A stretch of 64,000 nucleotides of DNA from Amoebidium appalachense (GCA_963693365.1 CAVNZM010000007.1:5267962-5331961), one strand, 5' to 3'; counted from the first letter of the stretch, positions 1-26,098 are shown. Notes: generated from the sequence alone by a model not told the origin. Numbers and translations: made by a program.

Positions 1-92
1 GACTCTTAAGTGGGCGGGAGAAGGGGAAGGGGCAAGGGGGGGGGGGGGGAGGGGGGGGGAGGGTAGGGGGGGGGGGGGGGGGGAGGGGTACC

Positions 93-234
93 TCATTTGA
101 CCATGACCCAGTCATCGTCTCCACCAACACTATTCTCGTCATCTGCGACAAAACGAAGTCAGATGCAGTAATTGGTATTCCCCAGGTACTCTACAGAACC
201 GGGCCCCTCCGAGAAGGGCGGCGGGGGGAAGGGT

Positions 235-265
<31 letters not shown>

Positions 266-1227
266 GGGGGGGGGAAGTATATTAGTTTCTGTTACTTTAT
301 TCTTTCGACTTGTCCTGAGCATCGGGGGTGTGCATCCTTTGCAGGACAACTGCCACATCAGGCAATATCGTGAAGCAAATGCAGGCATGGAGATTTGAGT
401 GGACACCATGGCTTGCAACATGCATACCTTCTCGCTTTCCAGCAACGCCTTTTATGCTCTTCTTGTTGAGTGCGCTTTTCTTCACCACCTGCGGGTGGGT
501 AAGGTCAACATCACGTGTGTGCCAGGGTTTCCGGCAGAAAAAATCAGAGAAGGAGGAGAAAAATCAGAAGAGGAGGAGATGGGGGGAAAAGGGGGAGGGG
601 GGAGGGGGTTGGAGAGGGGGGGGGGGGGGGGGGGGGGGGGGATATAAAGCTCATCCCATGAAGACAAAAGTGATATGACAGCACGGGCACACGAGAGTCA
701 AGTGTTCACAAGAGACCAGGGGGGTGGGTGGGTGGGATGACGTGTGGAATTTGCAGTGAGAGACACGGAGGCAGCAACAAAGCGTACAATAAAGTAGTGG
801 TTGGAACCCAAGAAAAAGGCTCGCAAGGGACCCTTGAACATGGTCCATCTTCAAAGGAGCTTCTATGCCTTCACAAACGAGTTTCGACTGTCGGAATGGG
901 GAGAGTAATATATCGGGATCAGGCTCCGACCTAGCGTTTTAAAAATCAAGCACCCATTCGCCGCAAACAACCCTCCATTCGCCAAGGGAGTGGGTAGATG
1001 CCTTTGAGTAAAGACCCGGCAAAGGCATGAAACAAGTGTGCGCGTACCAGGTGTGCCGCTAGCAATTTCGGGAAGTAAGTTACTAGTTTTGGGGCAGGGA
1101 AACAAAGAGGTTAGCAAAAGTCGGTGAGCTTGAGCGAGGAATCGTTTGGAAAAGCGCGGAATACCTTCCAACGCATGGGAAGGCGATTCTTCAGCGACGA
1201 AGGTTCGATTGGCTTGCAGATTACCAT
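93..1227 (-). CDS. Putative small spliced protein (~57 aa) ending in an acidic LIR/AIM-like motif
   Basis: Phase-compatible GT-AG exons 1227-1165, 488-428 and 142-93 give MVICKPIEPSSLKNRLPMRWK|VVKKSALNKKSIKGVAGKRE|DDENSVGGDDDWVMVK*. The last acceptor has a ctgac branch site. No homologue recognised; extra exons are possible. Confidence 0.3.
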
Positions 1228-2009
1228 GTTGGTGTCAGCCAATTAATGGCTCACGACACAATCAAAGTTGTGGTGTCGAACCGATACCGATCAAAGCTCC
1301 AGCTATTGTGTGGGGAGGCCACACGGGTGTTCGAATACCACTGGAGAATTATTGAATTTCCCTGTTCTAGATTTCCCTCTACCATGCATGTGGTAGGACG
1401 GACATGCCCAGCCAATGAAAAGACTTTCTTCAAGGCACAACGACACACCAACACGAGCTACTTTCAGCCCTATACTTCTCTTTCCACCCTTTTTTTCCCT
1501 TTCTTTAACATAACCCTAAGCTCTTCTAATAAATAGTACGTATTATTTACGTTCAAGAACAACCTTTACGAAAGAGTGACTACAACGTTCATCAGCCCAG
1601 CGGCTCGACTCAGCTGAATCCGGAAATGGAATTTACAGTCCGCCTCAATTTCCATATATAGCTAGAAAAAAATAATTTATAAGTTGAAGGTTTGGGTGAT
1701 GGCAACTGAGCCATCAAGCCTTGCGTTGAATGATTGAACGATGTTTCAGCTGACCATAGGTTGGTCAAATACATATCAATTTTGGTTTGTTATTTATCAC
1801 GCATGTTTTAGGAGCGGTTTGTGGTGACTTTTACCAGCCAATCATTTCACGCTAGAAGTTTGGCGGGCATTCCAAACTTACTAGCGGAGGCTCAGGCTGA
1901 CAAGCAGCCTGTCAGGCTGAGCCTGAGCGGCTCAACACTGAGCCTCCTTTTCACAGACTCGCTGGATAAATGGATCTCGGGGCTGCACGTGGGAGTCAAG
2001 ACTGAAACC

Positions 2010-2710
<701 letters not shown>

Positions 2711-3152
2711 CACCCAACCTTCATTTTCAGTGTACCACGTATGGTGAGAAGGCTTTATTCCATTATTCGGATAGTTAGTTAAATGCGTAACTCACTGGCC
2801 ACGTGCACAAACATCGTTTTCGTAAAACTATTTAACTATACTCGTGCAAATACGTGGCACGTGCGCCTTAAACCTTTTACATATTATTGTGGTGTAGAAA
2901 GAGCCACGGCTGGGAGTGCACGTAACTGTATGGCCATGGTGTGTACGGAACAAAGAAATACGTATCTGCATAAATACAAGTAAATATGGCGGTTTACTTG
3001 AACTAAAACTATATTGAATCAGTGACGTCATTAATCAACTATATAAGCCGGGCAATATTGTTCATTTGAGTACACTAGTGACTGGGTGTGGGTGAGTGTG
3101 ATGACGTGGGTTGCAGCACCACTCACATTATCAATATATATAATGCGTTGTT

Positions 3153-3740
3153 TGCCGGACCTCAAATCCGGAATTTGGAGGGGACCAAAGGCCATTTTGT
3201 GAGGCATCAAAAACCATCGAAACGTTGCTTAGTTGTTTTTATGACATCAAAATCGCTAAATATTCTTGCGATACTAATGAAAAAGCCTAAAATAACTATA
3301 TATTTGATAATGAGAAAATTGAAATATAGTGCCCTAAAGTTGGGCCCAAGAGGATGTACGTACTCGGGGCTTTGAAGTAAAAAGAAAAAAACCAGCGGAG
3401 TCTACTGTGAACGCGCTGGGCTGAATGACGGCAGAGATCAGGTGATTCCCGTATCAAACCGGTTTTCGTTTCTAACCCAGAATGGAACGCACCTTTTTTA
3501 GTGCCGGACCTCAAATCCGGAATTTGGAGGGGACCTAAGGCCATTTTGTGAGGCATCAAAAACCATCGAAACGTTGCTTAGTTGTTTTTATGACATCAAA
3601 ATCGCTAAATATTCTTGCGATACTAATGAAAAAGCCTAAAAGAACTATATGTTTGATAATGAGAAAATTGAAATATAGTGCCCTAAAGTTGGGCCCGAGA
3701 GGATGTACGTACTCGGGGCTTTGAAATAAAAAGAAAAAAA
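3153..3740. repeat. Two ~240-bp direct repeats (3153-3391, 3502-3740) separated by a ~110-bp unit that recurs at ~8180-8293
   Basis: Both units begin tgccggacctcaaatccggaatttgg and end aaagaaaaaa. The spacer (ctgtgaacgcgct...cccagaatggaacgcac) is repeated near 8200. Confidence 0.9.
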
Positions 3741-3791
3741 TCAAGAGTCATATACCGAGGTCAGCTGCCGAAATCAGAGTTCACAGGCCGA

Positions 3792-3848
3792 GTCGGGTGG
3801 GTTCATGACCGACGCACCTTCGGTGCGTCGGTCATGAACCCACCCGAC
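3792..3848. repeat. Perfect 27-bp-stem hairpin with TTC/GAA triloop
   Basis: gtcgggtgggttcatgaccgacgcacc-ttc-ggtgcgtcggtcatgaacccacccgac. Confidence 0.97.
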
Positions 3849-4731
3849 GGCCTCGGCCCGGGTACCATATCAGGAGCGGGCAATTTTTGAATTCTCCCTC
3901 CCCGGCCCCGCCGGGGAAAATTTGAGGTTTTTGGACCTCAAAGAAGTCAAATCCTGCAAAATCCACTACCGGGAGGCCAAAAAGGGTGATTTTACAAAAA
4001 AGGAGGGACATACATGAAAAAGAGAAAATGGGCGAGTTCAGTGGGCTGCCGATAAGTATATTTCGTGCTGGGCCGGTATACATGCTGCCGTGGTTGTTGC
4101 TGTAGACGGCAGTATGGCATCGCATGTGTCACGTGACCTGCACGTGAATGCGACCATGTGCAGGCACTGAGTCTAGGGGGATTTGTATGTGTGTTTTGGA
4201 GCACCGACAAGGCAGAGCCAGGGTGAGGGATGTGTAAACATGGAGTTTAGGGAGATCGTGCTGCTATTGTAACATGTGCACAAAACAGCCACGTGCACCG
4301 GCACACTCCGGTGTACAGAACAATAATATGCACATGCGTCACTGTAATATCATGTATGCGCATGCCGCACAAGGTTTAGGAGACCACCACAGTATATACT
4401 ATTTTCTTTTGGTTGATATCCATGTAGGAATGGTGTGTTGCAGTTGTCATGATCAGCCTGAGGCAGGCACGTGCACTCACTGAATCACTAGAACTCATGA
4501 ATAAAAAATACATTCGCTAAAAACGGCAAGGTAAATTTGGGGCCAAGCTATTATTTCCCCCTTTTAAACGTTTTTTTAGCTCCAAGAACTTCGACGCCAA
4601 AATTTCTATATTTGGCCATCGTATATGATAATGAACACGTGTACTTAAATTAAAGTAGTTATATAAATATGAGCGGCCCGTTACAAATACAGTGACGAAA
4701 AACAGTGACCCACGAGCAGTTTTTCTTTCTA

Positions 4732-4787
<56 letters not shown>

Positions 4788-5081
4788 ACACACCAGACAC
4801 ACACACCACCACCACGGTGACCACCACCACCACCACCACCACCACTCACCCCTTAAAAAAACCACACACATACGTGCACGTGTACACACACACACAGAAC
4901 ACCACCACCACCTCCACTGGACCCCATTTCCTCGTTGTTTTCTTAAGCCTTCAGACCAGTCCTGCACACTGGAGTTAAACAATTGAATTCACCTAGGCTG
5001 ACATGCATCCACCCCCGCCTTCCACTTCCCTCCCCCCCACCCCCACCCCCACCCCCCCCCACCCCCACCCCCTCCCCCTCG

Positions 5082-6100
5082 ATGAAGAAGGGCCCCCGTA
5101 AGCCTTGGGGGGGGGGGGGGGGGGGGGGGAGGGGAAGGGGGAGCTCTTGAGCCTCCGGGTAGGGAAGTGGGGTCCGGGGATCCGGAGAGGAGGGGGGGGG
5201 GGGGGGGGGGGAAGGGGCATATAATATTGGGCCTAGATATCATAGTATGGGGCCCCGGGGGAGGGAGAGGTGGGGGGGGGGAGGGGGGAGGATCCACGGG
5301 AAAGACCTTTAGGTGCATGTTCTTATTTATACCCCCTTCGAATCATCCCCCCTCTCCCCCCCCCCCTCCCCCCCCCCCTGAGTGCAGGCCGTGACGTAGC
5401 TACGATAACCCTGCAGAAGGCAACAAAAATGTATTAATTACTAGCACTATACATGTGTTCATAGTGCAGCTTGCACCACGTATGATCTCAGCAACTTTAA
5501 AGTAGTCACAAAGTTTAGTTATTTTCATTATTTTCATTGCTCTGAACTCTATTACTCTGAAATGATCACCGTGCATGTGCCGCAAGATAACAACCCTATA
5601 TGTGTGCAGCTGCTGCCTGCAGGTTAGACTCGCTGAAAAGACAATTGTCAGTGTGCATCCGACGCTTGCAGCTGCAGCTAGCCTCTGCAACATTAATACT
5701 TGCCAAGTGAATGCTCTTACACTTGATCATCATTCACTCAAAAAACCGAGGACCGACAGATTAAATATTAATGTCGATCCGAATGATCAGCAAGTTTCTA
5801 TGCGTACTACTATATATACACACACGTAAAATGCGAAGCTATCAGTTACAAGGCACACCTGCTGCACTGGCACACATACACATACACACCGGCAGATCGA
5901 TGCTGTCAAAATTTACTTTCATGTACTTCGTAGGTCCGACACAGGTGCACATGAACACGTACATATGTACAAGCCGCGCACACACCACACCACACATACA
6001 CACACACACACACACACTCACACACACACACGCACACACGCACACACGCACACACGCACGCACGCACGCACACACACACACACACGCACGCACGCGCGCG

Positions 6101-6180
<80 letters not shown>

Positions 6181-6467
6181 GACACACACACACACACACA
6201 CATCACTGGGTGCGCTCGCTGGGGATTAGTTTTTTGGCACGCTGTTGACTTTATCGTGTGTTTATTATTTGCTATTTATTGGCCAGCGGCCAACATTTAA
6301 AAATATACTATATACCTAAAAATAGATACTGACTACGGCCAGCAGACATTATACACCTTCCAGGACACATTAACACCAATAGTCTAACACACCATACTCT
6401 CGATCACAAAGAATTCCTAACAAACAGAGAAAAGTGCAAAGGCTCTGTACTATTACTCAGATTCTAA
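5082..6467 (+). CDS. Second copy of the transposon accessory gene (see 31821-33199)
   Basis: Same exons and splice sites as in the full-length element. Confidence 0.45.
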
Positions 6468-6622
6468 ATTTTAATTCTTTACAGTAAACTTCGGAATGAA
6501 AGCTAGCCCCCCCCCCCCCCCCCCCCCCCCCCCTCCCCCCTAACATGACTGTACGAAGAACAGGTATAACTTGAAGCACTACAACACATATGAGATCCGT
6601 TACATTGGTGTACATTCCAATA

Positions 6623-7542
6623 TTAGACACTAGTTTGGCTACTCTGACTACTCTGAGATCCTGATTGGCTGCCTGCAGACTTGCGGCCACGATTACTTTG
6701 CTTTCGATCGTGCCATTGCAGCTGCGTCTCTCCAGCAGGTGGCAACGCCAGGCCCAGCACAGCAGATGCACGAGAAGGGGGTGGGAACTGCCCACCAGCC
6801 GAGGGCTGGCCCACATGACCCAAGTAAGGATGTGGACCGTGCTGCGGCAGTAGCCCAGGCATGGGGAAGGCAGGGCCGGGCTGAGGCGGCATGATGCCCC
6901 ACGGTGGGGGCCAGCCATGTGGGTGGTGCGGGCCTGGATGGGGTGCAGGGGGCATGTGCGGCACATGGCCCTGCTGCATGTCAAGCGCGGGTGCTGGTGG
7001 CATGGCATCCTGATTGGCTGCAACCCAACGTGGGCAGCTCTTGGCCCGATTGGAGCCGGGGTAGCCCTTGCCCTGGCGGCCACACGTCTTGCAGGTCTTG
7101 GGGGCTCTCTGGGGTGGCTGCATAGGAGGGGGCACCGGCAAATCCATCTGCAGGGGCCCCTCAGGGCCAATGTTGCGATGCTTTTTGCCCACTAGCATGG
7201 GCAAGGGCCGCTCACGCTGCGCCCCTGCATCGACACCGTCTGGAACAGGGAGGGGTGGCAAGGGGGCAGGCCGTATGGTTGCTGGCACAGCGTCTGCCCT
7301 CTCCTCGCGCATACGCTTGCGGTGATCTGCCAGGCCCTCGTGTGTGGAGCGCTGTGCATGTGCCGTCTGCCAGGTCTTCCACTTGTCGAAATGCTTCTTG
7401 ATGTAGGCCGCATCCTTCATGTAGATTCCCCCAGCCACAGAGGCAGCCTTGTTGAAGTCTTGGGCCAAAGCCTCGAACAGCTGGCCGTTGGGCTTTGCAT
7501 GTGCCTTGTAGGTGCCCAGGAGCAGCGTGCTGAATAGCTTGC
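6623..7542 (-). pseudogene. C-terminal fragment of the MULE-like transposase
   Basis: Matches the last exon of 33361-41303 from KLFSTLLL onward. Has a C-to-Y change in the Cys cluster (KGYPG vs KGCPG) and lacks all catalytic residues. Confidence 0.9.
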
Positions 7543-8036
7543 ATTCATTGATGTTTGATTGGTAGTTATTTTCTCGATTTGATTGGTTGTCTGTGGAATG
7601 CAAACATTCGTGTGATTGGTCACCGGGGCAAGTACACGTGTACCTCCTGCACTGTCAACTGTGATGGTTCGATTTGGTGCTCCTGTATTTGTCAACGCCC
7701 TGCTTTTGGTCGGCAGATTTCGGAATTTTGTTGGTAACGTCTTCGGAGAGGACGATTGGGGCGGCGCGCTTCTGAGCCATTGTGGTGTTGTGGTGTGAGA
7801 AAGGAATTTGAGTGCTCGTAGTTTTTATGATGCAGACTGAATGCCATTTTGCCCCTTTATATGCTAGCTTCCGAAACACGCCGTGGTGATTTGCGGATCA
7901 GTTTTTAACATGTTCTCGATTGTGATTGGACAATCTCAACGCAGTCGAGCGGGTATATAAAGGGCAAACACAGTCAGTTTGTCAGTTTGGACACATCGCC
8001 AATAGTCTAGTGCGATGGGTTTTTAGAAAATTTGTC

Positions 8037-8113
8037 GAGGTCGCATGGAAACCGGGAGGATGGGGGGAAACCAGCTGGTTTCTACCCACCCTCCCTGGTT
8101 TCCATGCGACCTC
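8037..8113. repeat. Imperfect 77-bp palindrome
   Basis: gaggtcgcatggaaacc...gaaaccag|ctggtttc...ggtttccatgcgacctc. Confidence 0.9.
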
Positions 8114-8456
8114 ATCTGAATAAACTGAAGTTCATTTAGCAACCTCCCAATACATGAACCCCACGACCAAGCGTACAAACCAGCGGTTTCGGATTCACTG
8201 TGAACGCGCTGATCTGAATGACGGCAGAGATCAGGTGATTCCCGTATCAAAACTGTTTTGGTTTCTAACCCAGAATGGAACGCACTTTTTTAAGAGAAAT
8301 TCGGCGACATTTGTTTTACAACGTATTATATCATTGGTACAACGACATTTTGAAAATTTTAATGTAATAGAACTACCAATCCAATCACAAAAACCTCAAA
8401 GGTCTGCTAACACCGGTTTAGGGGGACACGGGGATGAGGACGGTAAATTCTATATC

Positions 8457-8487
<31 letters not shown>

Positions 8488-8497
8488 GGCCTGTGGC

Positions 8498-8528
<31 letters not shown>

Positions 8529-8684
8529 TGTACATTTTAATCTTTTAATAGCAGACAGTTGTTGAAAAAAATAGAGCAAAAAACACAACTAAATCAACTC
8601 AGTAATGTGAATATGACATTTGGGGCGAGTGTAGTAGAAGGGTTTGTGACTGATAATGATTATTATTTTACACTAGAGCTAGGG

Positions 8685-10089
8685 CGAGCGGTGGTTAATG
8701 GGCGGCTATCCCCAGGGTTTACCCGCACGCGCGGGGTACTTCAAGGGTCCCTGCTAAGTCCTCTTCTTTTCAACCTGTATATTGATGATTTAGCCGACAC
8801 TCTTTCTGCGGCACAAATTGACGGGGGGTTGCCATCCCAGGCTCCTCCCGCCCTCTTTTTTGCCGACGATATTGTGCTTATGTCATCCGATCCTCTCGAA
8901 CTACGGCAATACATTCGTGTGGTTGAACATTGGTGCCAGCGCAACGATATGCAGATTAATGTCAAAAAGTGTGCCCTTTTATCAAAATCGATACCGGCAT
9001 GGGACGACGTTTGTATTTTCGGCAGTCCCCTCCCTCGCCCAATCGAATACAAGTATTTGGGGATTCCGGTGGACGAATGGGGCATATGTTTCAAACGGAT
9101 GATCGACCGTCGGGTGGAGAGTGCAGGCAGGTGTCTTCGGTTATTTCGGGATGTGTATCTTGCTACTCTTTCTCATACTGTCCACCTATACAATCGTCTT
9201 AGTATATTTCGCACATATATTCGCCCTTTGTCGGAATACGGGTTGCCCTTACTAGCTATGGCACCCCCTGATACTGTTACTAATGTCCTCAAATCATTAG
9301 ATGATTTCCATTACACAACTTGTTGTATGTTTCTCACTGGTCTTTCCACACCTATCCCTAGACGCCTTTTTGATTCTCTCTACGCACTCACACCACCATC
9401 ACAACGCGTACACGAATTAGCCCTTAAATTTCACGAGCACATCACCCGCCTGTCCGCTTGTGCCCCGGACCACCCGCTCTTCCGGCTACACGCATCCCCG
9501 CCGGATTCGCCCCTGTACCTCTTCCCTTCCCCATCGTCTCTGCCCATTGCCGAGCGCTATGTGGAATGGCTGGCGACCCCCCCCGGAGGTACGGCTAGAT
9601 CATAGTGTGAATATGAATAGTTTCAAGTCTATGGCTGATAGATATCTTTTTACTCTACGTGTTGAGTCCCTTCCGGTGTTAGGACCGCACAAACACCAAC
9701 TACTAGTAGCCTATATGGCGGATACGGTTAGAGAGTCTCGTTCATACATAGATTCGTTTATTCGTAATGTGGTGTGGTGTAAAAACGCAAAGATGATTAT
9801 GGCTTGGCGGTGTAATCGGTTTCTGGTGTCTCCTGCTCGTATGTGTAATATGTGTGGGGGGCGGTTTACTCGCGGCTGCATATCTATCAATAAATGCAAC
9901 CTGTTAGCTAATGTATTAGAACCGGAGGTTATTGGCGGTTTTATTCTCTTTTCTTCATCTCTTCCTCAATATATCCGTTTTAAGATGACTATCCTAGATC
10001 ACCTTATTAATGCTGCACAGTATGATATTGTGATCCGGTGCCTTAACTTTCTGTCGGAGCTACCGATGCTAGCATCTGCTTACCCATAA
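8685..10089 (+). CDS. LINE reverse transcriptase, partial, with C-terminal Cys motif; +1 frameshift in a C-run near 9577-9584
   Basis: RT motifs GVLQGSLLSPLLFNLYIDDL, FFADDIVL and YKYLGI. C-terminus AWRCN...CNMCGGRFTRGC...TILDHLIN. Removing one C joins ORFs 8559-9605 and 9460-10089. Confidence 0.92.
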
Positions 10090-10248
10090 TATGTAATAGG
10101 GGTGTCAGATACTACGATGGCGCTCATTGTTGCCTAGCATGTACATATGTCACTGGCTGCATTTGATTGGCTGTGCTGGAAAACGCAGTAGGCCGTCGAA
10201 TGTGGCTGGGCCTCCGGCAATGTCCACGCAATAAAAAGTGTGTAAACC
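8685..10248 (+). mobile_element. 5'-truncated non-LTR retrotransposon (family A)
   Basis: RT ORF followed by a 3' UTR ending aataaaaagtgtgtaaaccc. The same end recurs at ~25300. Candidate TSD ctaggg at 8679-8684 and 10249-10254. Confidence 0.9.
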
Positions 10249-10558
10249 CTAGGGTGATTCAAGCTGGGCGGTGGCCATTGGTAATTTTTTTTATTTGTTT
10301 TTTTTCCACATTTACACACAAAGTAATAATCGAATAGAATACAAAAACAACTAAGAAGAAAAAAACGCATACAACCTTCACTTGGCCCACACACACACAT
10401 TCACACACACACAAACATGCACACACACACACACACACACATAGACGTTGAACACAATGAAAGGAAATATATCTAGAAAACACGGGTGCCATGATTGCAG
10501 TCACTGAGTATGAAAAGCATAAAAAAAAAATTTGGGGGGGCAGGGAATGGGAAGAGGG

Positions 10559-10593
<35 letters not shown>

Positions 10594-11169
10594 TGCTTTG
10601 AAGTAAACTGAGAATAGTATAATTGCAGTACTGACTCGTGAGCATGGTATATTGACACACACCGTAGAATGATGATTTCATGTTCGGGAACATTTCGGGG
10701 GGGTGCCAATTCCAGACTTCACTGAAATATGTTGCCCACCTGGCACTCAGTGCACGTGGAAAGTTTTATTGCCTGTCCATGCATATCATCGGGTTACCAG
10801 ACAGTTCTGTAAAATAAGTAAAACAACAAAATAATAAAAATATTATAAAATTTTTGCAAGCAATTTAGAACATATTGCACTTGGTGGTTTTCAGCTACAT
10901 GTTTTTGGAGGACCACAAGTAAACTTGGTACTTCGGCAATGGCAATCTCTCCCGGCCCTAGACTGATAACCTGCCACCTACTGAGCTGGCTCCTTATTTT
11001 TCCTTACACATTCAGCGAACACTGGACTCTATCGAACCGTCGAGGCGCCGCGACAGAAAGCATGCACGCGGTCGCGAGAGTGTCCCGTCTGCAGCGAACG
11101 TAAAGTTCATCGCAGCGCGTGCACACCGTCAGTACGTGTGAGACTGATAACACAGTGTGGCAAGAAAGG

Positions 11170-11202
<33 letters not shown>

Positions 11203-11603
11203 AAATGAAAGGGAAAAGGGTCATAACATTTGGCAGATCCAGCAACTGCAGGATTTGGGGGGGGGGGGGGGGGGGGGGGAGGAAGCGTGAGGCGGGGGGG
11301 GGGGGGGGGGGGGGGGGGGAGCGTGAGGCGAGGGAGGGGGGGGGGGGCCGGGGGGGAGGGGGAGAGGGAGGTAACAACCACACAACCCAACATCAATAAC
11401 TGTCTTGTTATGTTTTGGCGCCGGCGACAGCCGGCGCACAGACCTACTTGTAATTTATGATGAGAAAACGTGCAACATAGTGCAACATACGGTATTTTTG
11501 AACAGTACTATGGAACACTTCTTAACACATAAATATTCAAAACAAACCAGATTAATATTTGTGGTTGTGGAGGCAAATTTCACCGTAGGCATCACAAGAA
11601 GGA

Positions 11604-23786
<12,183 letters not shown>

Positions 23787-24627
23787 TTTTCGGGACTCCC
23801 TGGGTGGGCTAGGCCACCAACTTAGAAAAACCTTAGCGTTGGGTTATACATCGGCAGTCGCAAAAAGACTAAACTTAATGTGAATCGAATATTTGTGTAA
23901 TTCTCGGCAAACAAACAGGCGGGTGTTCGTGAAGGATGACGCTTGAATTCTCTGTCACAGAATTGCGATGACCTAGAACATTTGCATTTGGTGAAAAAAG
24001 CACCAGAGATTCAAAATTTCACAGTTTCACGGGCTCCGAGTCACACGTGACCAAAATATACTTGCGTAATGTGGATAATGTGCTCGTATGCACACGCTTG
24101 CCAGTGCGCCATACAAAGGCCGCATAGTGTTTATAGTACTAGTGGACGTAAAAAGTTCATGTTTTCTCTGCGTATACCTTCTCGTATTGATCACCAACGG
24201 GTCGCATTGAACGTCAACTACAATTTCAATAGGGTTGTTTCTGGTGCTACCACAGTGCATGCGATAAAAAGTATGCACCCGTGCGTGTATGGAACCCTTT
24301 TGCCTACATACATGACATGCATGCCCAAAAAACTGTGGGCCATCTATTTATGAAACATCAGCGAAACTCTCACACACAGCCGCGTATCTGCAATGCAGGT
24401 GTGTACAGTGTTTTGAAACTGTGTGTGTGAGCCGGTCGCGAGGAGACTACAGCGGCGTTGATTTGAAATTTAAAGCCACTCAGGTATGTGGTTTATTCTT
24501 GGAATCCACTACGGGAATTCTGCAAAAGATTCGGTTCCCGGGAAAATCGGGGGTTTGATTGGTTAAGTAATTTAGTATAAGCCAATCATCGAACTTGAAT
24601 CGGTAATTTTCTTCTTTTGAGTCTTGC

Positions 24628-25365
24628 ACTGGATTTATTCGACGGAAAGATATGCAAGTGTGAATATGAATAGTTTCAAGTCTATGGCTGATAGATGTCT
24701 TTTTACTCTACGTGTTGAGTCCCTTCCGGTGTTAGGACCGCACAAACACCCACTACTAGTAGCCTATATGGCGGATACGGTTAGAGAGTCTCGTTCATAC
24801 ATAGATTCGTTTATTCGTAATGTGGTGTGGTGTAAAAACGCAAAGATGATTATGGCTTGGCGGTGTAATCGGTTTCTGGTGTCTCCTGCTCGTATGTGTA
24901 ATATGTGTGGGGGGCGGTTTACTCGCGGCTGCATATCTATCAATAAATGCAACCTGTTAGCTAGTGTATTAGAACCGGAGGTTATTGGCGGTTTTATTCT
25001 CTTTTCTCCCTCTCTTCCTCAATATATCCGTTTTAAGATGACTATCCTAGATCACCTTATTAATGCTGCACAGTATGATATTGTGATCCGGTGCCTTAAC
25101 TTTCTGTCGGAGCTACCGATGCTAGCATCTGCTTACCCATAATATGTAATAGGGGTGTCAGATACTACGATGGCGCTCATTGTTGCCTAGCATGTACATA
25201 TGTCACTGGCTGCATTTGATTGGCTGTGCTGGAAAACGCAGTAGGCCGTCGAATGTGGCTGGGCCTCCGGCAATGTCCACGCAATAAAAAGTGTGTAAAC
25301 CCCCAAGTATGCACGGCATACATACCGAGAAGACAACTTCACGAGTTATCCAGTAATACAAGTTC
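24628..25365 (-). mobile_element. Remnant 3' end of LINE family B, split by a family A insertion
   Basis: actggatttattcgacggaaagatatgcaagt (24628-24659) resumes as caagtatgcacggcatac...acttcacgagttatccagtaa from 25304. The sequence is contiguous at ~30350 and ~41805. Confidence 0.85.
24660..25303 (+). mobile_element. Short 5'-truncated copy of LINE family A (C-terminal ORF part and 3' UTR)
   Basis: Nearly identical to 9604-10249. Flanked by caagt at 24655-24659 and 25304-25308. Confidence 0.93.
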
Positions 25366-25713
25366 ATATTTTTCAATATTCCTGTCACGGTGTGTGACTG
25401 TCTCCAACTTCGACTGTGGGGCCCGCCACGTGTAGCCGCGAAAATAAGGGCCTTCTCCGGGCTCTGAAGCACGGCCCTCTGAACACACAGGTTCAGAGGG
25501 CCGTGCTTTGAAGGGTCTCGGAGGAGAGAGTCGACGTTTGAGAAAGAACTATGTCTTGGGCACCTCAGGCCAGAAACTATTTATCCCTAAATAAGATACT
25601 GGCAGCCGAATGCGGGGCTCCCGTCTGCTAAAAAGGGGCCAGAGGCCATGCCCCTCTCGCAAAAAACATTTTTATGCATGTGCTTGTGTTGAAGTGCGTT
25701 CTGTGTGTCACAG

Positions 25714-25746
<33 letters not shown>

Positions 25747-26037
25747 GTGTATGTATGTATGTGTGTGTGTGTGTGTGTGTATGTGTGTCACAATAACGGT
25801 GCGTGCACGTGTAGTCTATTTAGATGTGTGCGCGCATGTGTGATCTAGTTGCGTGTGTGTGTGTGCGTGTGTGTGCGCGCGTGTGTGCATCTTTGTGTGT
25901 GTGTGTGTGTGTGTGTGTGACTGTGTGTGTGTGTGTGTGCACGTGTTTGTGTGCACGAGAAAGAGAGATTGAGAGTGGGTGTGTGGGTGTGTGTGTGTAT
26001 GTGTTTGTGTTTCTGCCGGTGCGTCTTTTTTTTTTTT

Positions 26038-26068
<31 letters not shown>

Positions 26069-26098
26069 GGGGAGGGTGTTGATAAACACTCTTCCCAC

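Larger units (their letters stand above)
3855..7542 (-). mobile_element. Truncated copy of the MULE-like exonuclease transposon (one terminus, accessory gene, transposase C-terminus)
   Basis: Near-identical to 30575-34280. Identity starts at the same terminal ggcccgggtaccatatcaggagc and breaks abruptly after gaatagcttgc at 7542. Confidence 0.92.

Noticed and set aside
6623-7879. 326-aa ORF (6623-7603) as an intact gene, with upstream ORF 7655-7879
   Set aside because: Chimeric read-through across the truncation junction at 7542. It starts at a non-ATG codon and an in-frame stop separates it from the upstream ATG.
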